From assembly GCA_963790305.1 (NCBI GenBank), contig CAWBOC010000006.1, positions 414,675-478,674 of the forward strand: 64,000 nucleotides of DNA, written 5' to 3'. The DNA is from an uncultured Gemmatimonadaceae bacterium (GTDB lineage: Bacteria > Gemmatimonadota > Gemmatimonadetes > Gemmatimonadales > Gemmatimonadaceae). The translations under genes and the position numbers were made by a program. Of this stretch, positions 29,749 to 38,690 are shown one piece after another. The notes beneath the pieces were generated by a model that worked only from the letters and a program-made list of their open reading frames with translations, was not told the origin of the DNA and made no database searches. How positions within the stretch are numbered: position 1 is the stretch's first letter; each line of letters begins with the position of its first letter.

Positions 29749-30689
29749 GCCGTCGTATCTCGATCGACGGGACGCGGCATGGCGCTTCGGCGACGCGTTC
29801 GCGACCGCACGATCATGCGGCCGAGGAGCGCCTCGAGATCCGGCCAGCAATGGCACTCCCGGGACCTCGCATCGCGCAACAGTCGGACGAGGATCTCCGC
29901 CGTCGCGACCGCGTCGCCGCCGGCTCGGTGGCGCGCCGTAATGTTGACGCCGTAGTGCATCGCGAGATAGTCGAGACGACGGGAGCGCAATTGAGGGAGC
30001 AGCTTGCGCGCGAGACGAACGGTGCACAGACGACGCCCGGCGAGCTGGCGACCCGTCGCGCGCTCCACTTCCGTGGTGACGAATCGCCAATCGAACTGCG
30101 CGTTATGCGCCACGAAGATCGCTCCATCCATTGCGCGCACGACGTCATCGCAGACGTCCCGGAAGCGCGGGGCGTCCTTCACCATGTCCCACGAAATATT
30201 GGTGAGCCGGCTGACCCAGGGCGGGATGGGACGCTCGGGATTCACGAGCGTCTCGAACGTTTCGGCGACGGCACCCCCGCGGACGGCGACGACGGCGATC
30301 TCGGTGATGCGATCGCCTGCCCAACAGCGCGTGCCGGTCGTCTCGACATCCACCACGGCATAGTCGAGCGACAGGAGATCCGGATGGGGAACGATGGGCG
30401 GCTCATATCGCGGAGCAACGCCGACGGCGTACGGCGCGGCGGCACGCTCCGCCAGTCTCCAGCGGCCGTCGAGGTCACGCACGAACTCCGAACGCTCGCC
30501 GAGCAGTGCGTGCGCCATGTGCTCCGCGACGCGACGAGGTGCGCCCGGGATCTGACACACGTGCTCGATGAGCGGCACGACGTCGGCTGGACCCGCGGCA
30601 AGGAAATCCCGCGCCCGCGACGCGAGAAACGTTTCGGCTGGCCGAAGCACAACGCCGCCATCTCTCCGAAATGAGGCGGGAGCGGTCAC
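29745..30689 (-). CDS. DEDDh 3'-5' exonuclease (DnaQ/epsilon-like) with N-terminal extension
   Basis: VVDVETTG, VAHNAQFD, HRAGGDA. Confidence 0.88.
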   Translation of the reverse strand: MTAPASFRRDGGVVLRPAETFLASRARDFLAAGPADVVPLIEHVCQIPGAPRRVAEHMAHALLGERSEFVRDLDGRWRLAERAAAPYAVGVAPRYEPPIVPHPDLLSLDYAVVDVETTGTRCWAGDRITEIAVVAVRGGAVAETFETLVNPERPIPPWVSRLTNISWDMVKDAPRFRDVCDDVVRAMDGAIFVAHNAQFDWRFVTTEVERATGRQLAGRRLCTVRLARKLLPQLRSRRLDYLAMHYGVNITARHRAGGDAVATAEILVRLLRDARSRECHCWPDLEALLGRMIVRSRTRRRSAMPRPVDRDTTA

Positions 30690-30693
30690 GTCA

Positions 30694-31929
30694 TCAGCTC
30701 CACGGATCGTCCCGCGAAATCGGGAGCGTCATACAGCGCGGGCCGCCGCCGCCGCGCACAAGCTCACCGCCCTCGAAGGTGATCGCTGCGCGCTCGCCTT
30801 CGCGCACCGGCGTGTCACCCGCCAGAAAGTCGTTCGCCGAAATGATTCGAAACCCCATCTTGTCCAACTCCCGAAGCGTTGCCTCGTTGCGGCCGTAGGA
30901 CGTGACGACTCCCGGCCGCATCGCACAGAAATTACAGCCCGACGACCACTGCTCGCGCTCCTGGTAGACCCGCCGTTCCCCACCGCAGAAGATCGGCTCG
31001 AGCGGGAGGTTCACCGCCTGCAGAGCCGCGAACACGTTCGGCATCTCGCGCATTTGCGACTGCCCTTTGCGCCAATGCAGCACAGCCAGTCGCTCCGGGC
31101 CGACGAAATGCGGCGGGTACACGACGCACAGCTCGTGATCGACCTGGGTGAAGATCATGTCGAGGTGGATCGCCGTGTTCTCCTTCGGCATGACGACGAT
31201 GATGACGTCCTCGATCGCCGTATGCTCGAAGAGGAGCGCCGTGAGGTGGTCGATCGCGGCCGGGCTCGATCGCTCGCTGAAGCCGATCATGATCAGGTCG
31301 CGACGGAGGGGATGCACGTCGCCGCCCTCGAGTGTGTAGTTGAGCCGCCGCTCGACCGACCCGTCGTACAGCAGCCCCTGGTTGGCCAGCTGGGGATGGT
31401 GGAGGAAGAGCGCCTTCATGATGAGCTCCTCCGACCACCGCGCGCCGTAACGCATCGAGCCGATCATCACGTGTTGCCCGATCGCCATGGCGACGTCGCG
31501 CGTGAAGTAGAGATTGGGCAGCGGCGGCAGCTCGTAGCCCCACTCGTTGAGCGTCAGCGCGAGGGGGCCTTGGTGTTCCTCCTTTCCCTCGATGAGCATC
31601 CGGACGATGGTCTCCGGCGGCTCCTCTCCAAGGCTCCGTGCCAGGGGGGTGGAGGGGACGACGTCCATCGTCTCCTGGATCAGGAGCTTCCGGACGGCGT
31701 CGCTCTGCACGACTTCGCCAAGCAGGTCGCGGACGTAGTGGACCTGGGCGAAGCGCTCGAGGATGGCGACAAAGCGCCGGTGCTCCCGCTGCGCGATCTC
31801 GACGTCGATGATGTCGTCGTAGAGGTAGTCCTCGCGCGTGGAAGGCGTTACGGCGAGAAGCTCGGGTCCGGGCGTGTGCACCAGAACGGAGCGCAGCCGG
31901 CCGATTTCAGAGGTGACGTTGACCGGCAT
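30694..31929 (-). CDS. arcA: Arginine deiminase
   Basis: SEIGRLRSVLVHTPG, LYDD, PNLYFTRD, LEGGD, IHLD, ELVRGGGGPRCMT. Confidence 0.9.
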   Translation of the reverse strand: MPVNVTSEIGRLRSVLVHTPGPELLAVTPSTREDYLYDDIIDVEIAQREHRRFVAILERFAQVHYVRDLLGEVVQSDAVRKLLIQETMDVVPSTPLARSLGEEPPETIVRMLIEGKEEHQGPLALTLNEWGYELPPLPNLYFTRDVAMAIGQHVMIGSMRYGARWSEELIMKALFLHHPQLANQGLLYDGSVERRLNYTLEGGDVHPLRRDLIMIGFSERSSPAAIDHLTALLFEHTAIEDVIIVVMPKENTAIHLDMIFTQVDHELCVVYPPHFVGPERLAVLHWRKGQSQMREMPNVFAALQAVNLPLEPIFCGGERRVYQEREQWSSGCNFCAMRPGVVTSYGRNEATLRELDKMGFRIISANDFLAGDTPVREGERAAITFEGGELVRGGGGPRCMTLPISRDDPWS

Positions 31930-31938
31930 ATTCCCGAA

Positions 31939-32031
31939 AGGTGATCGAGGTGGTCGAGGTTGTCGAGGTCTTCGAGGGGTCAAGGTAACCCCCTCGATCA
32001 CCTCGACGACCTCGATGACCTTGATCGCCTC
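31939..32031. repeat. 9-nt AGGTNNTCG tandem x5 with inverted arm x4
   Basis: aggtgatcg aggtggtcg aggttgtcg aggtcttcg aggggtca aggtaacc c cctcgatca cctcgacga cctcgatga ccttgatcg cctc. Confidence 0.88.
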
Positions 32032-32068
32032 TGGCGCCGCTTCGCGGCGGGCCCTCTCCCCATTAGCA

Positions 32069-32086
32069 TTGTGAAGGAATTCACAA
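32069..32086. promoter_or_regulatory. Rex operator TTGTGAA-N4-TTCACAA
   Basis: TTGTGAA GGAA TTCACAA, a perfect match to the Rex consensus, 13 nt upstream of rex. Confidence 0.9.
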
Positions 32087-32099
32087 GCCAGCCCGTCCC

Positions 32100-32735
32100 G
32101 TGAAACGGATCGCTGAATCCACCGTCCGCCGTCTCTCGCTCTACCTCCGCTTCCTCGAGGATTTCGAGGAGCGCGGACTCGCCACCATCTCGAGCGATGA
32201 GCTCGCCGCGCGCGGAGGCACGACCTCCGCGCAGGTGCGAAAAGACCTCTCGTTCTTCGGCTCGTTCGGCAAGCGCGGCCTCGGCTACGCCGTTCCGGAG
32301 CTTGCCGCGCGGCTGCGCGACATCCTCGGCCTGGGCCGAGAATGGCGCGTGATCATCATCGGCGCGGGAAAAATCGGGAGTGCGCTCGCGCAGTATCGCG
32401 GGTTCACGCAGCGGGGCTTTCACGTCGTCGGCGTGTATGACAGCGATCCGACAAAGGTCGGGAAACGCATCGACGGCTTCACCATTCGCGACCTCGCCAC
32501 GCTGGAGAAAGATGTCGCGCGCGAGGAGGTCGACATCGCCGTTCTCACCGTGCCCGCCGACGCGGCGCAGCAGGTCGTGACCCGGGTGGTGAAATCCGGG
32601 ATCGGCGCGGTGATGAACTTCGCTCCGGTGCAGCTTCAGGTGCCCGACCACGTCGCCCTCAAGAATGTGAACATGGCGATGGAGCTCGAAGGGCTGTCGT
32701 TCGCGTTGGCCAACCGGACGGGACTGGATGAATAA
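32100..32735 (+). CDS. rex: Redox-sensing transcriptional repressor Rex
   Basis: TVRRLSLYLR, QVRKDLSFFGSFGKRGLGY, IIGAGKIG. Confidence 0.96.
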   Translation: MKRIAESTVRRLSLYLRFLEDFEERGLATISSDELAARGGTTSAQVRKDLSFFGSFGKRGLGYAVPELAARLRDILGLGREWRVIIIGAGKIGSALAQYRGFTQRGFHVVGVYDSDPTKVGKRIDGFTIRDLATLEKDVAREEVDIAVLTVPADAAQQVVTRVVKSGIGAVMNFAPVQLQVPDHVALKNVNMAMELEGLSFALANRTGLDE

Positions 32736-32810
32736 GGGTGCTCAGGGTGCTCAGGGGAGGTGCTGTTAACCCTGAGCACCCTGAGCACCCTGAGCACCCT
32801 GAGCAGCCCT
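32735..32810. repeat. 9-nt AGGGTGCTC / CCTGAGCAC tandem-inverted element
   Basis: agggtgctc x2 ... gttaac cctgagcac x3 cctgagcag; encodes the AQG-repeat tail of rsmA. Confidence 0.88.
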
Positions 32811-33611
32811 TAATAGCGCCGCAAACTGCCCCGCGCTCAAAGTCTCCGGCCTCGCCTCCGGCTCGATGCCCGCCGCCGCCAACAGCTCCTCTGCGCGCCC
32901 GGCGGACACCGAAAGCACCGACCGGACCACACGCCGCATCTGCTTCCGTCGCATCCCAAAGGCCTGCTGGACAAGGGCCCGGAAGGGCTCCTCCTCGTCA
33001 GGCGCGACGGCCGGCTCGAGACGTGGCGTGATGCGCACGACCGCGGAATCGACCGACGGTGGCGGCGAGAATGCGCCAGGAGACACGCGAAAAAGCGTTT
33101 CCGCTGAGGCAAGCGCGCTGACGTTCACCGTCAACGCGCCGTAGGCCTTGGTGCCTGGTGACGCCGACAACCGATCGGCCACCTCCCTCTGTACGAGGTA
33201 CACCGCCCGCGTCGGTCTGGGCGGCCGCAGGGCGTGAAAGAGGATAGGCGTGGTGATGTAGTACGGTACGTTGCCAACAAGCGCGAAGTCGTCGCCGGCG
33301 AGGGCGCCCAGGTTCGTCTCGAGGACATCGCGCTCGACCACGTCCAGTCGTGGGTCACCCGCATAACGCTGTCGAAGCCTGGCGGCGAGCATGCGATCGA
33401 TCTCGATCGCGATCACTCGCCCTGCACGGACCAGAAGCTGCTCGGTGAGCCCTCCGCGTCCCGGCCCGATCTCGACGACCGTCTCCGTGCTCGTCAGCGC
33501 AAGCGCATCCGCGATTCGCGCCAGGATGCGTGGATCGCTCAGGAAGTGCTGCCCGAGGCTTTTCCGCACCGGTGGAAAGGCACGGGCATTGCCCTTCTTC
33601 GGGCCGCTCAT
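32766..33611 (-). CDS. rsmA: 16S rRNA dimethyladenosine transferase
   Basis: KSLGQHFL, VVEIGPGRG, GNVPYYIT, AFGMRRK, RPETLS. Confidence 0.95.
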   Translation of the reverse strand: MSGPKKGNARAFPPVRKSLGQHFLSDPRILARIADALALTSTETVVEIGPGRGGLTEQLLVRAGRVIAIEIDRMLAARLRQRYAGDPRLDVVERDVLETNLGALAGDDFALVGNVPYYITTPILFHALRPPRPTRAVYLVQREVADRLSASPGTKAYGALTVNVSALASAETLFRVSPGAFSPPPSVDSAVVRITPRLEPAVAPDEEEPFRALVQQAFGMRRKQMRRVVRSVLSVSAGRAEELLAAAGIEPEARPETLSAGQFAALLRAAQGAQGAQGAQG

Positions 33612-33632
33612 TCCCGGATACGGAGCTCCAGC

Positions 33633-34067
33633 ATGCGTCTCCCCTGGCAGCCGAAGGAACCCCCGCTCGCGCTCCGCATTGCCCGAACGCTGGAGCGTCG
33701 CGGCGTCGGCATCGAGGGGCTCGCCGTCGAGACGCACCGGGGTCGCGCCACGCTGCGCGGCGTGGTTACGAGCGATCTCGCGCACGACCGCGCCCTCGAG
33801 ATCGCGAGAACGGTTGACGGCGTGGAAAGCATCGACGATCTGCTCTCGGTCATCGATCCGCAGACGGTGCGTCCGCGCCGGACGATTCGCAACGAGGATT
33901 GCACCGCCATCTACGTCTCGAGCCCAGGCGACACAGCGCCGATTATCGCCGAGCGCGTGCTGGGAGATCGGAGTCGATGGCGAGAGATCCGTGACATGAA
34001 TCGCGGCGTGGTGGGTCGCGGTGTGCTCGCTCCGGGGCTGCGGATAAAGATTCCAAAGAGCGAATGA
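33633..34067 (+). CDS. BON + LysM domain protein (Kbp/YgaU-like)
   Basis: ATLRGVV...ARTVDGVESIDDLLSV (BON); YVSSPGDT..IAER.LG....WREI..MN...PGLRIKIP (LysM). Confidence 0.75.
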   Translation: MRLPWQPKEPPLALRIARTLERRGVGIEGLAVETHRGRATLRGVVTSDLAHDRALEIARTVDGVESIDDLLSVIDPQTVRPRRTIRNEDCTAIYVSSPGDTAPIIAERVLGDRSRWREIRDMNRGVVGRGVLAPGLRIKIPKSE

Positions 34068-34100
34068 GGAGTGAGGACCGAGCAGACAGACCTGCTCGTC

Positions 34101-35693
34101 TCAGCTCCGTACGAGCACCATCGTCAGATCGTCTCTCCGCACGGCGCCCGCCGTGTGCTCTTCCACGGTCGCGATCACCCGCTCCAGAATCGCGGTCGGC
34201 TCCTCTTTACGATGGGCGACGATGACATCGATGATGCGCTTCTCGCCAAGACGCGTGTCGCCGCGATCGCGCGCGTCGCTCACACCGTCCGTAAAGAGCA
34301 CGAGGAGGTCGTTGTTGCGCGTCCAGCGCACGGTGCGGGCCGCGGGTGGCTCATCCACCATGCCGAGCGGCGGATCGAGTGCCGCAAGGCGCTTCATCGT
34401 TCCCTCCGTGGTAATGATGTACGCGTGCGGATGCCCCGTGTTCGCGTATCGCAGCGTCCCCTTCTCGCGATCGATGACGCCGTAGAACGCCGAGATGAAC
34501 ATCTCCGTCGACTCGAGCTCCTCGGTGAGCGACGCGAGGAGCGCGTTGAGGACCTCGCCGGGATCATTGGACGTTTGGGCGTGGATCGCGGTCGCACTCA
34601 TGGCGAGTGCCATGATGAGCGCCGCTCGATAGCCGTGGCTCGACACGTCGGCGATCATCACGCCCGTGCGGCCGGCGCCGAGGCGGAAGAGATTGTAGAA
34701 GTCGCCCCCGACGCTCTCCGCCGGGACGACGCGAGCCGCCACGATCGCGTCGGGCGCGACGATTTCTGCGCGTGGTAGCAGGCGCATTTGAAGATCGTGG
34801 GCCAGCTCCATCTCGTGCACGAGCCGCTGCTGCGTGAGCGACTCGCGCACGAGCCGCGCATTCTGGATCGCCGAGCCGATCTGGGTGGCGATGGCGGTGA
34901 TGAGCTTCTGATCGCCGGCGGTGAACGGCTGCTTGGACGCCCGGTCCGAGAGGTTGACGACGCCTAACGGCTGCATGCCCCCGCCGGGGGGCGTCCACAT
35001 GATCGGGACCGAGAGCATTGTGCCGCGGCGGTACGCCTCCTCTTCGCGGCACGGGCTCACGCCGTCCTCGACGATCAACGCGCGCCGCTCCCGGAACACC
35101 TGCGCCGAGACACTGCACACGTCGGCGACAGGAATCGCGGGCACTGTCGCCGCTCCGACGCCAAGCGAGGCGACGGGCTGCAGCGCGTCACCCTCGGGAT
35201 CGTGCACGAGGATGGACGCGCGCCGCGCGCCCACCGTCTCCGAGATCTCCTTCAGAATGAGACCGGCGGCCGCCTCCATGGAGACAGTGCGGCCGAGGAT
35301 CTCGCTGATCGTGTAAAGGAGATTGATCTCCTCGTACCGCTCGGCCAGCTCACTCGCTGCGTGCTCGACCTCGAGCGACGCCTGCAGTGAATGCGTCACC
35401 ACAGGCAGGAGGAACTTGAGAAAGACTTCGAGGGGCGGATCCGGTCGCGTGCACGGCCCAACGACCAACCACGCCCGACGAGCCCCCGGGATCGGCTGCA
35501 CCATGGCGGGCCCGCCAGGCGAGGCCATGCGCCCGGGAGGGCCGTCGAGTGGGGGCGTCCACGTCGCGAGCACCGACTCGTCGCGCGAGACCGTATCGAG
35601 GGTTGGCGGGGCATTCCCCTCCCTCGTCCAAAGAGCGGCGTCGCATCCGGTAGCTGTCGTGAATGCCCGCAAGACCTCCAGCAGGTCGCTCAC
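34101..35693 (-). CDS. GAF + PP2C/SpoIIE phosphatase (RsbU-like)
   Basis: GAF (GVVNLSDR..FTAGDQKL), VGGDFY, IADVSSHG, FTDGVSDA, DDLT. Confidence 0.9.
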   Translation of the reverse strand: MSDLLEVLRAFTTATGCDAALWTREGNAPPTLDTVSRDESVLATWTPPLDGPPGRMASPGGPAMVQPIPGARRAWLVVGPCTRPDPPLEVFLKFLLPVVTHSLQASLEVEHAASELAERYEEINLLYTISEILGRTVSMEAAAGLILKEISETVGARRASILVHDPEGDALQPVASLGVGAATVPAIPVADVCSVSAQVFRERRALIVEDGVSPCREEEAYRRGTMLSVPIMWTPPGGGMQPLGVVNLSDRASKQPFTAGDQKLITAIATQIGSAIQNARLVRESLTQQRLVHEMELAHDLQMRLLPRAEIVAPDAIVAARVVPAESVGGDFYNLFRLGAGRTGVMIADVSSHGYRAALIMALAMSATAIHAQTSNDPGEVLNALLASLTEELESTEMFISAFYGVIDREKGTLRYANTGHPHAYIITTEGTMKRLAALDPPLGMVDEPPAARTVRWTRNNDLLVLFTDGVSDARDRGDTRLGEKRIIDVIVAHRKEEPTAILERVIATVEEHTAGAVRRDDLTMVLVRS

Positions 35694-36238
35694 GAGCGCC
35701 GCAGCGTCATCCGGATGACGTTGCCCCGGTCGTCGAAGCGCTCCACCGAGTCCATGAGTCGGCGCATGAGGAACAGCCCACGGCCGTCCTCGCGCAACAG
35801 GTTCTCGGGGCTCGTCGGATCGATCTCCGCCGTTTCGAGGTCGAAGCCGCCACCCTCGTCCGACACTTCGACGATGAGCCGCTCGCGATCCACTTCGGCG
35901 CGGACGTGGACGTGCCGGTCCGGGCGCTCGCGGTTGCCGTACAGAATCGCGTTCGAGAGCGCCTCGGTCAGCGCGACGGGGACGTTCAGCGCGAGGTGGC
36001 GCGGCGCATAGGAGAGCTGAGCGCATTGCCGCGTAACCATGGCGACAATGTCTTCGATGTACCGGACATCACTGGGGATGTCCAACTCGACGGCCAGGCG
36101 CACGTGCTCGACGGGAAGGGTTTCATCGCCTGGAACCGGAACGCTGGCGTTTTCTTCGACGCGCTGTACGTGCGCGGGGGTCGAGGCGACCGCGTTCCGA
36201 CGGCGAGCTGCGCCGCCACGACCGCCACGCGCAGGCAC
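35690..36238 (-). CDS. Anti-sigma factor kinase (RsbW-like)
   Basis: EALSNAILYGN, DEGGGFD, GRGLFLMRRLMD. Start uncertain. Confidence 0.88.
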   Translation of the reverse strand: MPARGGRGGAARRRNAVASTPAHVQRVEENASVPVPGDETLPVEHVRLAVELDIPSDVRYIEDIVAMVTRQCAQLSYAPRHLALNVPVALTEALSNAILYGNRERPDRHVHVRAEVDRERLIVEVSDEGGGFDLETAEIDPTSPENLLREDGRGLFLMRRLMDSVERFDDRGNVIRMTLRRS

Positions 36239-36239
36239 G

Positions 36240-36572
36240 CTAGAAGCTCTCGAGAGCGCGCTCGCGCGTGTCGGCGATTTGGAAGAGCGTGTCCAGCTTC
36301 GTCAGCTCGAAGAGCGTCTTGAGATCGTCGTTGAGATTCGCGAGGCGAAGCTCCCCGCCCTGTTCACGAATCTTCTTGGAGAGCGAGACGAGAACACCGA
36401 GGCCCGAGCTATCGATGTAGCCAGTCTGGCTGAAGTCGATCAGGAACTTGCGCTCCCCCTTCTCCAGCTCGTCGAGCACCTTCTGCTTCAACTCCTGGCG
36501 GTTGCCGACGATGAGCTGGCCCTCAACATCCACCACGACGATATCGCCCTGCTTCCTGATCGAGAAGCTCAT
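36240..36572 (-). CDS. STAS anti-anti-sigma factor (RsbV/SpoIIAA-like)
   Basis: YIDSSGLGVLV phospho-Ser motif. Confidence 0.92.
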   Translation of the reverse strand: MSFSIRKQGDIVVVDVEGQLIVGNRQELKQKVLDELEKGERKFLIDFSQTGYIDSSGLGVLVSLSKKIREQGGELRLANLNDDLKTLFELTKLDTLFQIADTRERALESF

Positions 36573-36609
36573 GTGTGGTTCTCCAGAAAGATCACGTCTG
36601 AATCAGCCG

Positions 36610-37599
36610 TCACGCCACCGCGGCCTGCAACGCGGTAATGGCGGCAACATTGATAATGTCATCGACGGAGGCGCCGCGCGAGAGATCGGAGCAGGGTCGC
36701 GCCAGCCCTTGGAGAATCGGGCCGACGGCGCTCGCGCCAGCGAGCCGTTCGACGAGCTTGTAGCCGATATTACCGGCGTCCAACGAAGGAAAGATGAGGA
36801 CGTTCGCGCGCCCAGCGACGGAGCTGCCAGGAGCCTTTCGCATACCCACCGCTGCGATGAGCGCTGCATCACTCTGCAATTCTCCGTCCACCGCCAGGGC
36901 GGGATCACGCCGGCGGACCTCGTTCAGCGCCTCGCGCATCTTTTCCACAGACGGTCCGGTCCCGCTGCCTTTCGTGCTGAACGAGAGCAGTGCCACGCGC
37001 GGCTCGTCCCCGACAATACGCCGACGGTCGCGCGCCGCCGCCAACGCGATATCTGCAATCTGCGTCACAGTCGGCTCCGGGATTACGGCGCAATCGGCGA
37101 AGGTGAGCACTTCCGGCGACTCGTTGCGAAAGGGCGGGAGGATCATGTAAAAGGCGCTGGAGACGGTGCTCACGCCGGCCGCCGGCCCCACCGTCCAGAG
37201 CGCGGCGCGCAAGACGTCCGCGGTGGTGGTCGCCGCGCCGGCTACGCAGGCGTCCACCTCGCCGAGAGCAAGGAGACCATCGGCGAAATACAGCGGCTGA
37301 GTCGCGAGCGCCCGGGCCCGGCCCGGCTCGAGCCCCTTCGTCCGGCGCCTGACGAGCAGGTGCTCGGCAACCGCCGGCGCGCGGGGATCCTGCGATGGGT
37401 CGATCACCGGCACGCCCCCGGCGCGCGCCGCCGCGTGCGAGTCAGGACGCCCGGGGTCGAGCACCAGGACGGGGTTGGCGATGCGATCGAGATGGAGGAC
37501 GCGCACCGCGTCGAGCGTACGCGGATCCCACGATTCTGGAAACACGATTCGCATCGGCGAGGCGGCGGCACGACGCCGCAGGCCCTCGAGGAACGTCAC
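36610..37599 (-). CDS. pta: Phosphate acetyltransferase (short form)
   Basis: [37 protein letters not shown]. Confidence 0.92.
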   Translation of the reverse strand: MTFLEGLRRRAAASPMRIVFPESWDPRTLDAVRVLHLDRIANPVLVLDPGRPDSHAAARAGGVPVIDPSQDPRAPAVAEHLLVRRRTKGLEPGRARALATQPLYFADGLLALGEVDACVAGAATTTADVLRAALWTVGPAAGVSTVSSAFYMILPPFRNESPEVLTFADCAVIPEPTVTQIADIALAAARDRRRIVGDEPRVALLSFSTKGSGTGPSVEKMREALNEVRRRDPALAVDGELQSDAALIAAVGMRKAPGSSVAGRANVLIFPSLDAGNIGYKLVERLAGASAVGPILQGLARPCSDLSRGASVDDIINVAAITALQAAVA

Positions 37600-38081
37600 T
37601 TCCGTGCGAATCTCGCGCGCAACGCGGCCTCGACCGTGGGATGGACGAGATCCGAGGTAGCGCCACCAAAGCGCGCAACCTCCCGCACGAGGCTCGAGCT
37701 CACGAAGGTGAGATCGATCGACGGAACCATGAAGAGCGTTTCGAGCGCGGGGTGGAGATGGCGATTCATGAGCGCCATCTGATACTCGTACTCGAAGTCG
37801 CTCACCGCGCGCAACCCGCGAATCGCGACTGTCGCGCCCACGCTGCGGGCGAAATCGACGAGCAGCCCCTCGAACTCGCGAATCTCGATTCGTGGATCGT
37901 CGCCCACGGCCGCGCGAATGAAATTCTTGCGCTCATCGATCGTGAACAGCGGCTGCTTGGCGACGTTGATGGCGAGCGCCACGATGAGTCGATCGACGAA
38001 CCCGAGACTCCGCCGGATGAGATCCTCGTGACCGCGTGTGATCGGGTCGAAGGACCCCGCGTAGAGCGCAATTCTGGACAT
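37596..38081 (-). CDS. coaD: Phosphopantetheine adenylyltransferase
   Basis: [29 protein letters not shown]. Confidence 0.96.
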   Translation of the reverse strand: MSRIALYAGSFDPITRGHEDLIRRSLGFVDRLIVALAINVAKQPLFTIDERKNFIRAAVGDDPRIEIREFEGLLVDFARSVGATVAIRGLRAVSDFEYEYQMALMNRHLHPALETLFMVPSIDLTFVSSSLVREVARFGGATSDLVHPTVEAALRARFARK

Positions 38082-38147
38082 GGTGGCGGGAGTTTGGCGG
38101 CGTCTGGAGGATGGCGCAAGTAACACTGAAGGACAAACGGCAAGACG

Positions 38148-38669
38148 TCACTTCATGATACGATAGAACGTGATCGCCGTGCTCCCGTATTTCCTCATGT
38201 CGCCACCCTCGGGCATCGGCTCCCTCGCGCCGTGCTCCACTCCCAGCACCGCGGCAAATGGGACGGTCAGCCACCGCTCGGCGATGCGTGCCGCGAGGTT
38301 CAGGCCGTACGGTGGGTCGGCGAAAGCAATGTCGTACGCGTCGCGCTCGAGTCGCTCGACGAACTTGAGCGCGTCGCTGCGAACAATGTGGGCAGCGTCG
38401 CCCGCCCCGAGCTTGTCGACGTTCGCGCGCACCGCCGCCAGACTGCGCGCGGCGATCTCGACGAAGTCACAGCGCGCCGCGCCACGCGAGAGCGCCTCGA
38501 GCCCGAGCGCGCCTGACCCCGCAAACAGGTCGAGTACCACCGCCCCAGGGATCAGCGGCTGGATGATGCTCATCCACGCTTCGCGAACGCGATCGGCGGT
38601 GGGACGCACGCGGTCGTCCGCGGGCGCCCTGATGGTGTGACCGCGCCAGCGTCCCGCGACGATCCGCAC
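38148..38669 (-). CDS. rsmD: 16S rRNA m2G966 methyltransferase
   Basis: RPTADRVREA, LDLFAGSGALG.EALSRGA, DPPY. Confidence 0.93.
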   Translation of the reverse strand: MRIVAGRWRGHTIRAPADDRVRPTADRVREAWMSIIQPLIPGAVVLDLFAGSGALGLEALSRGAARCDFVEIAARSLAAVRANVDKLGAGDAAHIVRSDALKFVERLERDAYDIAFADPPYGLNLAARIAERWLTVPFAAVLGVEHGAREPMPEGGDMRKYGSTAITFYRIMK

Positions 38670-38690
38670 TAGTTATCGGACACGCGGATG

